From assembly GCA_963718235.1 (NCBI GenBank), contig CAVQYR010000001.1, forward strand, positions 1 through 64,000: 64,000 nt of DNA, read 5' to 3'. The stretch is from an uncultured Actinomycetota bacterium (GTDB lineage Bacteria; Actinomycetota; Actinomycetes; JAHEKZ01). Under the pieces are notes generated by a model that did no database searches, was not told the DNA's origin, and saw only the letters and a program-made list of their open reading frames with translations. A program made the translations under genes and the position numbers. This document shows, piece by piece, positions 11,117 through 19,806 of this stretch. How positions within the stretch are numbered: the first letter of the stretch is position 1; every line of letters begins with the position of its first letter.

Positions 11117-11681
11117 CTACGCGGCCGCGCGCACCGTTGACAGGGCGTTCGTCCAGGCGACGACCTCGTCGAGCATCGCCGTCACGCGGGCCTCGTGGTA
11201 CTCGGCGGGGTTGAAGCTCGAGTAGTTCTCGAAGTCGGTGATCATCGACAGCGCGACCTGGCTGCGGACGTCGGCGACCTGGAGCTCACCCATGACCAGG
11301 CGCAGCTGCTCGACCGCTCGGGTGCCGCCCTGCATGCCGTAGCTGACGAAGCCCGCGGCCTTGTTGCTCCACTCGTGGTACAGGAAGTCGATGGCGTTCT
11401 TGAGCGCGGCCGAGGTGGAGTGGTTGTACTCCGGGGTGACGAACACGAACCCGTCGTACTGCCCGATCTTCTGCCGACCAGGCCTTGGTGTGGTCGTGGG
11501 TGTAGCGGCCCATCATCGGGGGGAAGGGCTCGTCGAGCAGGGGGAGGTCGAAGTCGGCCAGGTCGACGATCTCGTAGGTGGCGTCGTCGCGCTTGCTGGC
11601 CAGCCCGTGGACCCACTCGGCCACGGTCTGGGCCTTGCGGCCCGGGCGGGTGCTGCCGACGATGATGGCGATCGTGGTCAT
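11117..11681 (-). CDS. NADPH-dependent FMN reductase (frameshifted)
   Basis: IIVGSTRPGR; FVTPEYNHS...LKNAIDFLYHEW. Confidence 0.88.
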
Positions 11682-11703
11682 CGGGTGCCTCTTTCGACGT
11701 AGG

Positions 11704-11745
11704 ATGTTGATACGTCAGCATAGTTGAGAAAGTTGACGTGTCAAC
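11704..11745. promoter_or_regulatory. MarR-type operator pair in a divergent intergenic region
   Basis: Imperfect palindromes ATGTTGATACGTCAGCAT (11704-11721) and GTTGACGTGTCAAC (11732-11745). Confidence 0.6.
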
Positions 11746-11764
11746 ATCTAGGGAGGACCGGATC

Positions 11765-12253
11765 ATGGACCCTCGCTGGCTCGACGAGCGCGAGCAGCGG
11801 GCCTGGCGGGCCCTGATCGAGCTGGTCCGGGGCCTCGGCGCCGGGATGGAGCGCCAGCTGGCCGCCGACGGCGTCTCCGCAGCCGACTTCCAGCTGCTCG
11901 TCCCCCTCTCCGAGGGACCGCCCGAGGGCCTGCGGGCCCGCGACCTCGGCCTGGCCGTCGGCTGGGACCGCAGCCGGCTGTCCCACCAGCTGCGCCGGAT
12001 GGAGGAGCGCGGGCTGGTGCAGCGCGGCACCTGCGGCGACGACGCCCGTGGCGTGGTCGTGCGGATCACCGACGCCGGGCTCGACACCGTGCGGGCCGCG
12101 GCGCCGGGACACGTGGAGTGGGTGCGCACCCACGTGTTCGACGTGCTCAGCGACGCCGACGTCGACACGCTGACCACCCTGGCCGAGCGCCTGAGCGCGG
12201 GCCTCGGCCCGGCCGCAGCCACCGACTGCACACCCCCCTGCCCCCAGCCCTGA
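11765..12253 (+). CDS. MarR-family transcriptional regulator
   Basis: WLDEREQRAWR...WDRSRLSHQLRRMEERGLV...DARG. Confidence 0.9.
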   Translation: MDPRWLDEREQRAWRALIELVRGLGAGMERQLAADGVSAADFQLLVPLSEGPPEGLRARDLGLAVGWDRSRLSHQLRRMEERGLVQRGTCGDDARGVVVRITDAGLDTVRAAAPGHVEWVRTHVFDVLSDADVDTLTTLAERLSAGLGPAAATDCTPPCPQP

Positions 12254-12297
12254 CCCAGCCCAGCAGCAACGCGCTGATTCTGGCTACACTTGTGGCT

Positions 12298-12582
12298 ATG
12301 TTGGACGGTGAACACCTCCCCCTGGCCGACGTGAAGAACCGCCTCTCCGAGGTGGTGGATCGGCTGGAGCGCGAGCACGGACGGGTGGTCATCACCAAGC
12401 ACGGGCGTCCGGCCGCCGTCATGCTGAGCATCGCCGACCTGGAGTCGCTGCAGGAGACACTGCAGATCCTGAGCGATCCCGCCCTGGTCGCCGACATTCG
12501 TACGGCCGAGGCTGAGCTTGCTCGCGGCCAAGGCGATGCGCTCGACGAGGCTGCGGTCCGCCGGCTGATCGGCGAACGTTGA
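12298..12582 (+). CDS. Phd/YefM-family antitoxin
   Basis: LPLADVKNRLSEVVDRL...VVITKHGRPAAVM...LESLQETLQILSDP; TACACT -10 box 7 nt upstream suggests a leaderless start. Confidence 0.9.
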   Translation: MLDGEHLPLADVKNRLSEVVDRLEREHGRVVITKHGRPAAVMLSIADLESLQETLQILSDPALVADIRTAEAELARGQGDALDEAAVRRLIGER

Positions 12583-12854
12583 GCCAGCCCGATTTCGCGA
12601 TCGTCTGGACCTCCCCGGCCACTCGGGCCCTGGTCCGCCTCCCGGAGAAGGCCGCGTCGGCCGTCGTGGAGCTGCTCTACGGCTCGGTCTCGCAGAACCC
12701 GCAGCGCGTCGGGCGCGCACTGAGCTCCCCGCTCGACGGGCTGCATACCGCGCGGCGCGGCGACTACCGGGTCATCTACCGGATCGAGCGTGGCCCGCGG
12801 CGCGTCACCGTGGTCGCCATCGGGCACCGCTCGGACATCTACCGGCGACGCTGA
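12579..12854 (+). CDS. RelE/ParE-family toxin
   Basis: Overlaps the antitoxin stop; NPQRVG...ARRGDYRVIYRI...IGHRSDIYR. Confidence 0.9.
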   Translation: MSQPDFAIVWTSPATRALVRLPEKAASAVVELLYGSVSQNPQRVGRALSSPLDGLHTARRGDYRVIYRIERGPRRVTVVAIGHRSDIYRRR

Positions 12855-12930
12855 GGACACGCGCATGCTGGCCGGCGCCGCGCGCCCGACTTGAGCCGGA
12901 CCGACGCGCTCGCCACGTACCCTTTGGACC

Positions 12931-14379
12931 GTGGAAGCCGTCGTCCTGATCGCCCGCCTGGTGCTCGCCGTCACCTTCGTGGTGTCGGCCGTCGCCAAGC
13001 TGCGCGACCGCTCCGGCTCCCGCAAGGCCGTGGCCGACTTCGGCGTACCACCCGAGCTGGTGGGGCCGATCGCCGTCCTGCTCGCCCCGCTGGAGATCGC
13101 GTCGGCCGCCCTGCTGCTCACCGCCGGGTTCGGAGTGACCCTCGGGGCGCTGCTCGGCGCAGGGATGCTGCTGGCCTTCACCGTGGCGATCGTGATCAAC
13201 CTGATCCGCGGCAACCGGGTCGAGTGCCACTGCTTCGGCGCGATGTCCACCAAGCCCCTGTCGTGGTGGTCGGTCGTGCGCAACGTCGCGCTGATCGACG
13301 TCGCTCTGATCGTGCTCGCGGGAGGCGTGAGCCAACCGTGGCCCTGGGTCGCCGTCGCCGACCTGTTCTCACCGCTGTCGGTCTCCGAGCGCTGGCTGTG
13401 GGTGTTCGTGCTGGTTCTGGTCGCCGCGGTCGGTGTCCTGTCGTACCTGTTCTTCACTCTGCTGCGCCAGTACGGCCACGTGCTCGTGCGGCTCGAGGGC
13501 CTGGAGTCCACCGGACACATCGCCCACGCCCACGGGCATGCCCGTGACTTCGAGCCGTGGCAGGCGCCCGACCTCCAGGTCGTGGATTCCGCGGAGTCGT
13601 CGCTGGCGCTGGTCGACGTCCTCACCGCCGACCGAGCCTCGCTGTTCGTGTTCGTCAGCCCTGGGTGCGAGGCGTGCGGCGAGCTCGTCGACGACCTGGT
13701 GGCCTGGCAGGACGACGACGAAGGACCCAACGTCGTCGTGCTCTCACCCGGCGAGCGCTCCGCCATCGCCGCGAAGTTCGGCGAGGTGCACGTGCTCTCC
13801 CACGACGGCGCCGTCATCGACGACTACGGCATGGAGTACACGCCCGGTGCGCTCGTCGTGTCGACCGACGCCATGGTGACCACGCCCCCGGCGTACGGCT
13901 CGGACGACGTGCGCCGGCTCTACGACCTGCTGGCCGGTCGGGTCCCGCCGGCCGACGTCGAGATCGGACCACCCCCCGTGCGCGAGGGCGACCCGTTGCC
14001 GTCCTCGACGGTGACCTTCAAGGGGTCTTCGATGCCGATCGCGGCCGCCGTGTCCGCGGCGGTGGGCGACGACGACGCCGTCCTGCTGTTCTGGGACACC
14101 ACCTGCGGGTTCTGCCAGCAGATCACCTCTGACATCGCCCGGCGCTCCGGCACCGTTCCGCTGCTCGTCGTGCTCCGCGACGACGCGAGCTCCGAGCTCG
14201 CCGCCTCCGGGATCACCGCACCCGTGGTGCTGGACCCGGCGTTCGACGTCGGCAACGCACTTCAGGCGCCCGGAACGCCGTGCGCGGTGCGGGTGCGCGA
14301 CGGCGCCGTGGCCTCGACCGTGGCCGTAGGCGGCCCCGAGGTGCTCGACCTGCTGGCCGCCGTCCGCGTCTCGCGCTGA
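12931..14379 (+). CDS. MauE/DoxX membrane domain fused to two thioredoxin-like (MauD/TlpA) domains
   Basis: N-terminal TM bundle with SAVAKL and ECHCFG; FVSPGCEAC...YTPGA and FWDTTCGFC...GTPCA thioredoxin motifs. Confidence 0.85.
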   Translation: MEAVVLIARLVLAVTFVVSAVAKLRDRSGSRKAVADFGVPPELVGPIAVLLAPLEIASAALLLTAGFGVTLGALLGAGMLLAFTVAIVINLIRGNRVECHCFGAMSTKPLSWWSVVRNVALIDVALIVLAGGVSQPWPWVAVADLFSPLSVSERWLWVFVLVLVAAVGVLSYLFFTLLRQYGHVLVRLEGLESTGHIAHAHGHARDFEPWQAPDLQVVDSAESSLALVDVLTADRASLFVFVSPGCEACGELVDDLVAWQDDDEGPNVVVLSPGERSAIAAKFGEVHVLSHDGAVIDDYGMEYTPGALVVSTDAMVTTPPAYGSDDVRRLYDLLAGRVPPADVEIGPPPVREGDPLPSSTVTFKGSSMPIAAAVSAAVGDDDAVLLFWDTTCGFCQQITSDIARRSGTVPLLVVLRDDASSELAASGITAPVVLDPAFDVGNALQAPGTPCAVRVRDGAVASTVAVGGPEVLDLLAAVRVSR

Positions 14380-14386
14380 CCCCCCG

Positions 14387-14434
14387 CACCTGCTGAGGAA
14401 AGCGCCCTCAGCGGGCCCGATTTCTCAGCAGGTG
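14387..14434. repeat. REP-like palindrome, family A, copy 1
   Basis: CACCTGCTGAGGAAA...TTTCTCAGCAGGTG; similar copies at 28976 and 45887. Confidence 0.7.
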
Positions 14435-15078
14435 GCCGCTAACGCAGGATCTGGGCGCTCAGGGTGCTGTGCAGCCACTCCCGATAGGCGCGCTTGCTCC
14501 ACCGGCGGTTGCGGCGCAGCAGATGGTGCAGGTGCGGCGAGCCGAGGGCGTACAGGACGTCGGCTGCCGCGCTCGGAGTGCATCCCGGGGGCCAGAGCGC
14601 CCAGCCGGTCGAGGTGCTCGGTCAGCGCCAGGTAGTGGGCGTGGGTGGCCCGCGAGCCCGCCTCGGCCGCCGCCCGCATGTCCGGGTCGGCGCCCGCCGC
14701 CTCGACGCTGACCATGATCAGGTCGCCCGCCCGGTCGAGCAGGTCGGCTGCCTGGTCGAGGGTGACCGCCAGCACGGTGTGGGGGTCCTGCAGCGTCAGC
14801 ACCTCGTCGGCCATGCGGTCGCCCACCGACCGCTGGCCCTCGTCGCCGACGATCGCGACGTTCAGCGTGTGCTGGAACAGGGCTGCCTTGCTGGGAAACG
14901 CCAGGTAGACCGTCCGCTCGGCGACGCCGGCCGCCTGGGCCACCTGCCGGATGCTCGTCGCGACGTAGCCCTGGTCGACGAACAGCCGGGCCGCGGCCTC
15001 GCGCAGCGCGGCGCGGGTTGCCGCCGCCTGGGCGTCGCGGACCGAGGATCGGTACGACCTCTTGACGTCGTCGGGCAC
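14425..15078 (-). CDS. TetR-family regulator (probable 3' frameshift)
   Basis: RAALREAAARLFVDQGYVATSIRQVAQAAGVAERTVYLAFPSK. Confidence 0.88.
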   Translation of the reverse strand: MPDDVKRSYRSSVRDAQAAATRAALREAAARLFVDQGYVATSIRQVAQAAGVAERTVYLAFPSKAALFQHTLNVAIVGDEGQRSVGDRMADEVLTLQDPHTVLAVTLDQAADLLDRAGDLIMVSVEAAGADPDMRAAAEAGSRATHAHYLALTEHLDRLGALAPGMHSERGSRRPVRPRLAAPAPSAAPQPPVEQARLSGVAAQHPERPDPALAATC

Positions 15079-15100
15079 GGGGGTCCACACTCCCTTTCGA

Positions 15101-15115
15101 TACAGTGCCACTGTA
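15101..15115. promoter_or_regulatory. Probable TetR operator
   Basis: Perfect palindrome TACAGTG-C-CACTGTA between the divergent tetR and VOC genes. Confidence 0.65.
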
Positions 15116-15136
15116 GCCAATAACGAGGTGAGACCG

Positions 15137-15598
15137 ATGACCCGACCCGCACTCGACGGACTGTTCGGGGTCAAGCTGCCCGTGACCGACCTGACCCGGA
15201 GCCTGCGGTGGTACCAGGAGGTGTTCGGCCTCGAGGTGTACCTGGAGTTCCCCGACGACGACGGCGTGGTCCGAGGAGTGGCCTGCCGCGCGGCCGGCCT
15301 CGGGGACACCGCCATCGGGCTCCGGGAGAACCCAGCAGTGGCGCGCGGGATCGCCGGGTTCGACCCGGTGATCTGGGCCGTTCCCGACCAAGCAGCCCTC
15401 GAGGAGTGGGTCACCCACCTCGACACGCTCGGGATCGCGCACTCCCCCGTGATCGACGCGTCGATCGGATGGCTGCTGGTCTTCCACGACCCCGACGGCC
15501 TCGAGATCCACCTGTACACCCGAACCAAGCACGGCATCGACCAGGACGGCCGGAGCGGCTACGGCCGCCCAACCGAAACGGGCGCGGCGACCGCCTGA
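15137..15598 (+). CDS. VOC/glyoxalase family protein
   Basis: VKLPVTDLTRSLRWYQEVFG...FHDPDGLEIHL. Confidence 0.85.
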   Translation: MTRPALDGLFGVKLPVTDLTRSLRWYQEVFGLEVYLEFPDDDGVVRGVACRAAGLGDTAIGLRENPAVARGIAGFDPVIWAVPDQAALEEWVTHLDTLGIAHSPVIDASIGWLLVFHDPDGLEIHLYTRTKHGIDQDGRSGYGRPTETGAATA

Positions 15599-15741
15599 GC
15601 CCTTCTGCCGCAGGTGAGCGGCCCTACGGGGCTGAGCGATGCCCCCCGGCCCTGCGTCACCCAGATGGCGGAACGGGTCACGCTGGCGGTAGCCCTGGCG
15701 CCGTACAGTGGAGCCACCACTTCCCCGCTTCAGGAGCCACC

Positions 15742-16173
15742 GTGAGCAGCTGGCTGGATCGCTGGGCCAGGCGCGCGGCTACCCCGGATGACGATGCTGC
15801 CCTAGCTCAGCCGTCGGCGACCCCGAACGAGCCGGCAGCAGCGGCGCACCCGTCCCGGCGCGCCGTGCTGAAGAAGGCCGGCCTGGTCGGTGGGCTGGTG
15901 TGGACCGTTCCGGTGATCTCGACCGCGCTCGCGCCCGCCGCCTCGGCGTCCGGCGGGGGGCTCGGGCTGCCGTGCTCGCCCGAAGGAAGCACCTGCACGG
16001 GCGGGTCGGTCTGCTTCACCGGCATCTGTGGCGCCCCCGGAGCACCCTGCGCCGGAGGCTGCTACTCCAGCACCTGCGGCAAGGGTGTCTGCGGAGGCAA
16101 GAACGCGTCCTGCGGCGTCGGCGTCCTGTGCGCCCCTGGCCTGACCTGCGCCAAGAACGGCAAGTGCAAGTAG
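15742..16173 (+). CDS. Cys-rich twin-arginine precursor P1 (12 Cys)
   Basis: AGGAG RBS, GTG start; SSWLDRWARRA...SRRAVLKKAGLVGGLVWTVPVISTALAPAASAS, then three 4-Cys modules. Confidence 0.85.
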   Translation: MSSWLDRWARRAATPDDDAALAQPSATPNEPAAAAHPSRRAVLKKAGLVGGLVWTVPVISTALAPAASASGGGLGLPCSPEGSTCTGGSVCFTGICGAPGAPCAGGCYSSTCGKGVCGGKNASCGVGVLCAPGLTCAKNGKCK

Positions 16174-16336
16174 CTGCCCACCTGGGTCGACGAGGATCTC
16201 ACGCCGGATCGGGCCCGAATCGGGCGTGATCGGGCGAGGCCGGTGATCGTGGGCGTGCCGAGGGAGGCATCCCCTAAGCGTTTGACCCGAACGGCATACC
16301 GGGTCGACCCCTCGTGGACCCGGGTGAGGAGTGACT

Positions 16337-16932
16337 GTGGGCGGCTGGCTGGACCGCTGGGCCAAGCGTGCTGTTTCGACGTCCCGGACCACGACCCACG
16401 CCAACGGGCTCAACGACCGGCCTCGCCCATGGCCGGGTCGACGCCGTCCCGCTCACGGCGCGACTTCATGAAGAAGGCAGCCGTCGTCGGCACTGCGGTT
16501 TGGGCGGTTCCCGTCATCCAAAGCACCGTGGCGCCTGCAGCAGCAGCGTCAGGAACGGTGTGCTCGAGCCCCGATGGCACCTGCGGCACGCTCGTCTTAG
16601 GGCCGGGGCCCTGCGTCCCGTGCTCGATCGGGGTGGCGTGCGGCACCGATACGGACTGTGCCACCAGGGTCGGCTGCGCATCACGCTCCGGAAGCACCGT
16701 CTGCGGAGGCCCCGGCGCCACCTGCCGCAACGACTCTCACTGCCTGTACTCCAACTGCCGCAGCGGCACCTGCGGGTACGGGGCCACGTCCCAGGCGGCT
16801 TCCTGCGGCACGCCCACCGACCAAGCCGCCAACGGACCGGCCAACGACGACGCGTGCGAGACCGGGTGGTACTGCAAGCCGAGGGTGGTCGACGGCGACT
16901 CCGGCTTCCGTTGTCGCTCCACGACTCCCTAG
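16337..16932 (+). CDS. Cys-rich twin-arginine precursor P2 (16 Cys; frameshift in the linker)
   Basis: GAGGAG RBS, GTG GGC GGC TGG CTG GAC CGC TGG GCC AAG CGT GCT = MGGWLDRWAKRA in one frame; SRRDFMKKAAVVGTAVWAVPVIQSTVAPAAAAS and the Cys core in another. Confidence 0.8.
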
Positions 16933-16939
16933 CGCGCGG

Positions 16940-17911
16940 GTGAACCCGAAGGCAAGCCTCACTGACGCATCCGTGGCATCGGCGACCCTGGAGTTCATCC
17001 GTCGACGGCGGGGGCACTTGCTCCTGCACTCCGGCGGTCTGGCCACGGCGGAGGGTCGAGTGGTCGTGGTCCATGGCCAGTCCGGCTCGGGCAAGACCAC
17101 GCTCACCGCGGCGCTCGCAGCAGCCGGGCTGGCGTACGTGACCGACGAGACCGTGTGCCTGGATCCGGGCACTCTGGAGATCGAGCCGTTCCGCAAACCG
17201 CTGACGATCAAGACCGGCTCTCAACGAGTCCTGAAACACCTGGAACCGGGGCAGGATCGGATCGACCCGAGCAGTGGCAGCTGGCACGTCGACCCTGATG
17301 CCCTGCTGAGCTTCGGGGCGAGCGAGCTGCCGGATCGGCCCCTGCATCCGGCGGTCATCGTCTTCCCCGACTTCGAGCCCGACACCGACGGCGTCGACGT
17401 CCAGCCGGTCAGCCGGGCTCGAGCCGCCTTCGTGCTCGGTGAGCAGTCCAGTGCCCTGTGGGCGGTCGAACCGCGTCCGCTCGGAGCGCTGTGGAGGCTC
17501 GTGCACAGAGCACCGGCCTACCGGGTGAGCTACGCGAGTGCGTTCGACGCTGCCCCGATCGTCGTCCGCGAGCTGCTCGTGCCAGGAGACGCCAACCCCC
17601 CACCCCTACCGGGACCGGATGAACTATCCGCCCCCAGTACACCGGCCAGCACGCCGCTTCGAGGGCTCCCGGCCCCCAAACAGGGAGTCGACTGGCTGCT
17701 GCTGGACGGCGAGGCGGTGCTGTTCGACGGTAACCACCTGCATCACCTCGACGCGCCAGGTGCCGCGGTATGGGAACTGGTTGATGGCACCCGTGACCAG
17801 GCGCAGGTGGCCGCCGAACTGGCCGAGCGCTTCGGTGCCGACCCCGACACCGTGCTGCTCGACGTCGAGGACCTCGTGCGAGTGCTGCGACTTCAAGGCC
17901 TGCTCACCTGA
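16940..17911 (+). CDS. HPr-kinase-related P-loop protein fused to a C-terminal PqqD/RRE domain
   Basis: LLLHSGGL, Walker A GQSGSGKTT, YVTDE, PFRKPL; C-terminus LDGEAVLFD...HHLDAPGAAVWELVDG...LAERFGAD...DVEDLVRVLRLQGLL; start uncertain. Confidence 0.82.
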   Translation: MNPKASLTDASVASATLEFIRRRRGHLLLHSGGLATAEGRVVVVHGQSGSGKTTLTAALAAAGLAYVTDETVCLDPGTLEIEPFRKPLTIKTGSQRVLKHLEPGQDRIDPSSGSWHVDPDALLSFGASELPDRPLHPAVIVFPDFEPDTDGVDVQPVSRARAAFVLGEQSSALWAVEPRPLGALWRLVHRAPAYRVSYASAFDAAPIVVRELLVPGDANPPPLPGPDELSAPSTPASTPLRGLPAPKQGVDWLLLDGEAVLFDGNHLHHLDAPGAAVWELVDGTRDQAQVAAELAERFGADPDTVLLDVEDLVRVLRLQGLLT

Positions 17912-17995
17912 TCGGTGGCCCGGCGTGGCGCCGTGATCGGGCACGATCAGCCCGGGATGATCGAAGGTCAGAGTCGTCTCACGAAGGGTGTGGCC

Positions 17996-18565
17996 ATGGC
18001 CGGCTGGGTCGACCGCTGGGCGAAGCGCGCCGCTTCGTCCGCGCCGCGCCCGGAAGCGATGCCTGGCGACCCTTCGCCCGCCCCGTCTCCTCAGGCCAGC
18101 TCGCACTCGCGCCGCGCCTTCATGAAGAAGGCGGGCGTGGTCGGCGCCGCCGTCTGGACCGTCCCCGTCATCCAGAGCGCCGTGGCCCCTGCTGCCGCGG
18201 CCTCCGCCACGGTCTGCTCCGGCGGAGGCGGGACGTGCGGCGTGCTGCTCTCCGGGCCGGGGCCGTGCCCCAAGTGCGCCACGGGGGTTGCGTGCTCGAC
18301 GAACAACGACTGTGCCACCGGTGTGGGCTGCAGCTCACGGACCGGTACCACTGTGTGCGGCGGCCCCGGAGCCGCGTGCAACAACAGCGGCAACTGTCAG
18401 TACAACAACTGTACGAACAGCATCTGCGGGTACAGCGCCGGCTTCTTCGGGTCTGCCTGCGGAACACCGAACGGCTCCTTCAACGGCCCCCCGAGAAACG
18501 CCGCCTGCCGCTCCGGCTCGACCTGCAGGGTCGGGCCCACTGGCCAGTACCGCTGCCGCCCGTAG
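17996..18565 (+). CDS. Cys-rich twin-arginine precursor P3 (16 Cys)
   Basis: MAGWVDRWAKRA...SRRAFMKKAGVVGAAVWTVPVIQSAVAPAAAAS; Cys pattern collinear with P2. Confidence 0.85.
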   Translation: MAGWVDRWAKRAASSAPRPEAMPGDPSPAPSPQASSHSRRAFMKKAGVVGAAVWTVPVIQSAVAPAAAASATVCSGGGGTCGVLLSGPGPCPKCATGVACSTNNDCATGVGCSSRTGTTVCGGPGAACNNSGNCQYNNCTNSICGYSAGFFGSACGTPNGSFNGPPRNAACRSGSTCRVGPTGQYRCRP

Positions 18566-18588
18566 TCCAGCGCTCGAGCCAGACCCTG

Positions 18589-18620
18589 CCCCTCGAGCAC
18601 CCGATCCGGTGCTCAAGGGG
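18589..18620 (+). terminator. Stem-loop between P3 and P4
   Basis: CCCCTCGAGCACC-cgatcc-GGTGCTCAAGGGG, 12 of 13 positions paired. Confidence 0.5.
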
Positions 18621-18677
18621 TCGGCCTCGTGCGCCGACGTCCGTTGAGGGGTCGTGTACCGCGAGGTCGAGGTAGGT

Positions 18678-19781
18678 ATGAGCAGCTGGCTGGACGGTTG
18701 GGCGCGGCGTGCCGTGCGCCCGCCCGTCGGCGACCCCTCAGCCACCCCTTCGGCCAGCCCCTCGACCACCTCCCGGGCCGGCTCGGCGGCAGCCCCAACG
18801 CCTGCACTGAGCCGCCGCGACCTGATCAAGCGCGCCTCGGTGGTCGGCGCCGCTGCCTGGGCCACCCCCGTGCTGCAGACGGCCCTGGCTCCCGCGGCCT
18901 CGGCGTCCGGGCCGACCCCCGACCCCTGCCTCACCACCGGCACCTGCCCCCCCGGCGCCCCCTGCACCACGGACGCCGACTGCGGCTCCGACGACTGCAA
19001 CACCGGCACCGGCGTCTGCCGGGCCTCCGGCGTCGACGGCACGTGCTCAGCGAACGTCGACTGCCTGACCGCCAACTGCGCCTCCGGGGTCTGCGACGAG
19101 GCGTGGCCGGGCGGCCCGTGCCAGGCCAACGCCGACTGCATGTCCGGCATCTGCCAGGCCAACAAGACCTGCGCGAACAGCCCCCTCTACAAGCCGTGCC
19201 GGACGGCGGCCGACTGCGGGGCCGGGGTCTTCTGCGCGTCGACCGGTCTCGGCGGCGGCGTCTGCGCCACGGCCTGGCCCGGCTTCGGTACCTGTTCGGT
19301 CAACGCCGGATGCACGAGTAACAACTGCAACACCAAGGCCAACCCCAAGGTGTGTCGTCAGAACAACGCCGGCGGGACCTGCCGGATCAGCGCCGACTGC
19401 ACCACCGCCTTGTGCAACTTCGGCGCCGGTGTGTGCGCCAAGTCCAACGCCGGTGGGGTCTGCGCCGCCAACAAGGACTGCACGACCAACCAGTGCGTGG
19501 GTCCGAACGGTGCCAAGACCTGCGCCCAGCGCTACTCCGGTGGCAACTGCTCGGCCGACAGCGACTGCTACGCCGGGCACTGCCTCGCGACGGCGAAGTG
19601 CAGCAAGGGCGGCGCGGGTACACCGTGCAGCTCCGGCAAGCAGTGCTTCTCGAACAAGTGCACCGCTGGGCTCTGCACCACCAGCTCCAAGAAGCGGGGC
19701 TGCTGGACGACGTCGGACTGCACCGCCCCGCTTACCTGCGTTGGCGGCGACGGCGACCTCGTGAGCGGAACCTGCCAGTGA
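18678..19781 (+). CDS. Cys-rich twin-arginine precursor P4 (42 Cys; ten C-x5-C-x4/5-C-xn-C modules)
   Basis: MSSWLDGWARRA...SRRDLIKRASVVGAAAWATPVLQTALAPAASAS, followed by tandem GxxCxxxxDCxxxxC repeats. Confidence 0.87.
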   Translation: MSSWLDGWARRAVRPPVGDPSATPSASPSTTSRAGSAAAPTPALSRRDLIKRASVVGAAAWATPVLQTALAPAASASGPTPDPCLTTGTCPPGAPCTTDADCGSDDCNTGTGVCRASGVDGTCSANVDCLTANCASGVCDEAWPGGPCQANADCMSGICQANKTCANSPLYKPCRTAADCGAGVFCASTGLGGGVCATAWPGFGTCSVNAGCTSNNCNTKANPKVCRQNNAGGTCRISADCTTALCNFGAGVCAKSNAGGVCAANKDCTTNQCVGPNGAKTCAQRYSGGNCSADSDCYAGHCLATAKCSKGGAGTPCSSGKQCFSNKCTAGLCTTSSKKRGCWTTSDCTAPLTCVGGDGDLVSGTCQ

Positions 19782-19806
19782 CCGGCTCGGCCGAAGGACG
19801 GTGCCC

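Noticed and set aside
15208-15741. N-terminal 178 aa of the listed 321-aa ORF
   Set aside because: It overlaps the VOC gene out of frame; the RBS-preceded GTG at 15742 matches the paralogue starts.
16370-16430. Programmed ribosomal frameshift in P2
   Set aside because: No slippery heptamer is evident, the three paralogues are continuous, and indels are common throughout the window.
12931-19781. Methylamine dehydrogenase (mau) operon
   Set aside because: Only a MauE/MauD-like fusion is present; there is no MauB propeller or MauG, and the Cys cores lack a conserved Trp pair for TTQ.
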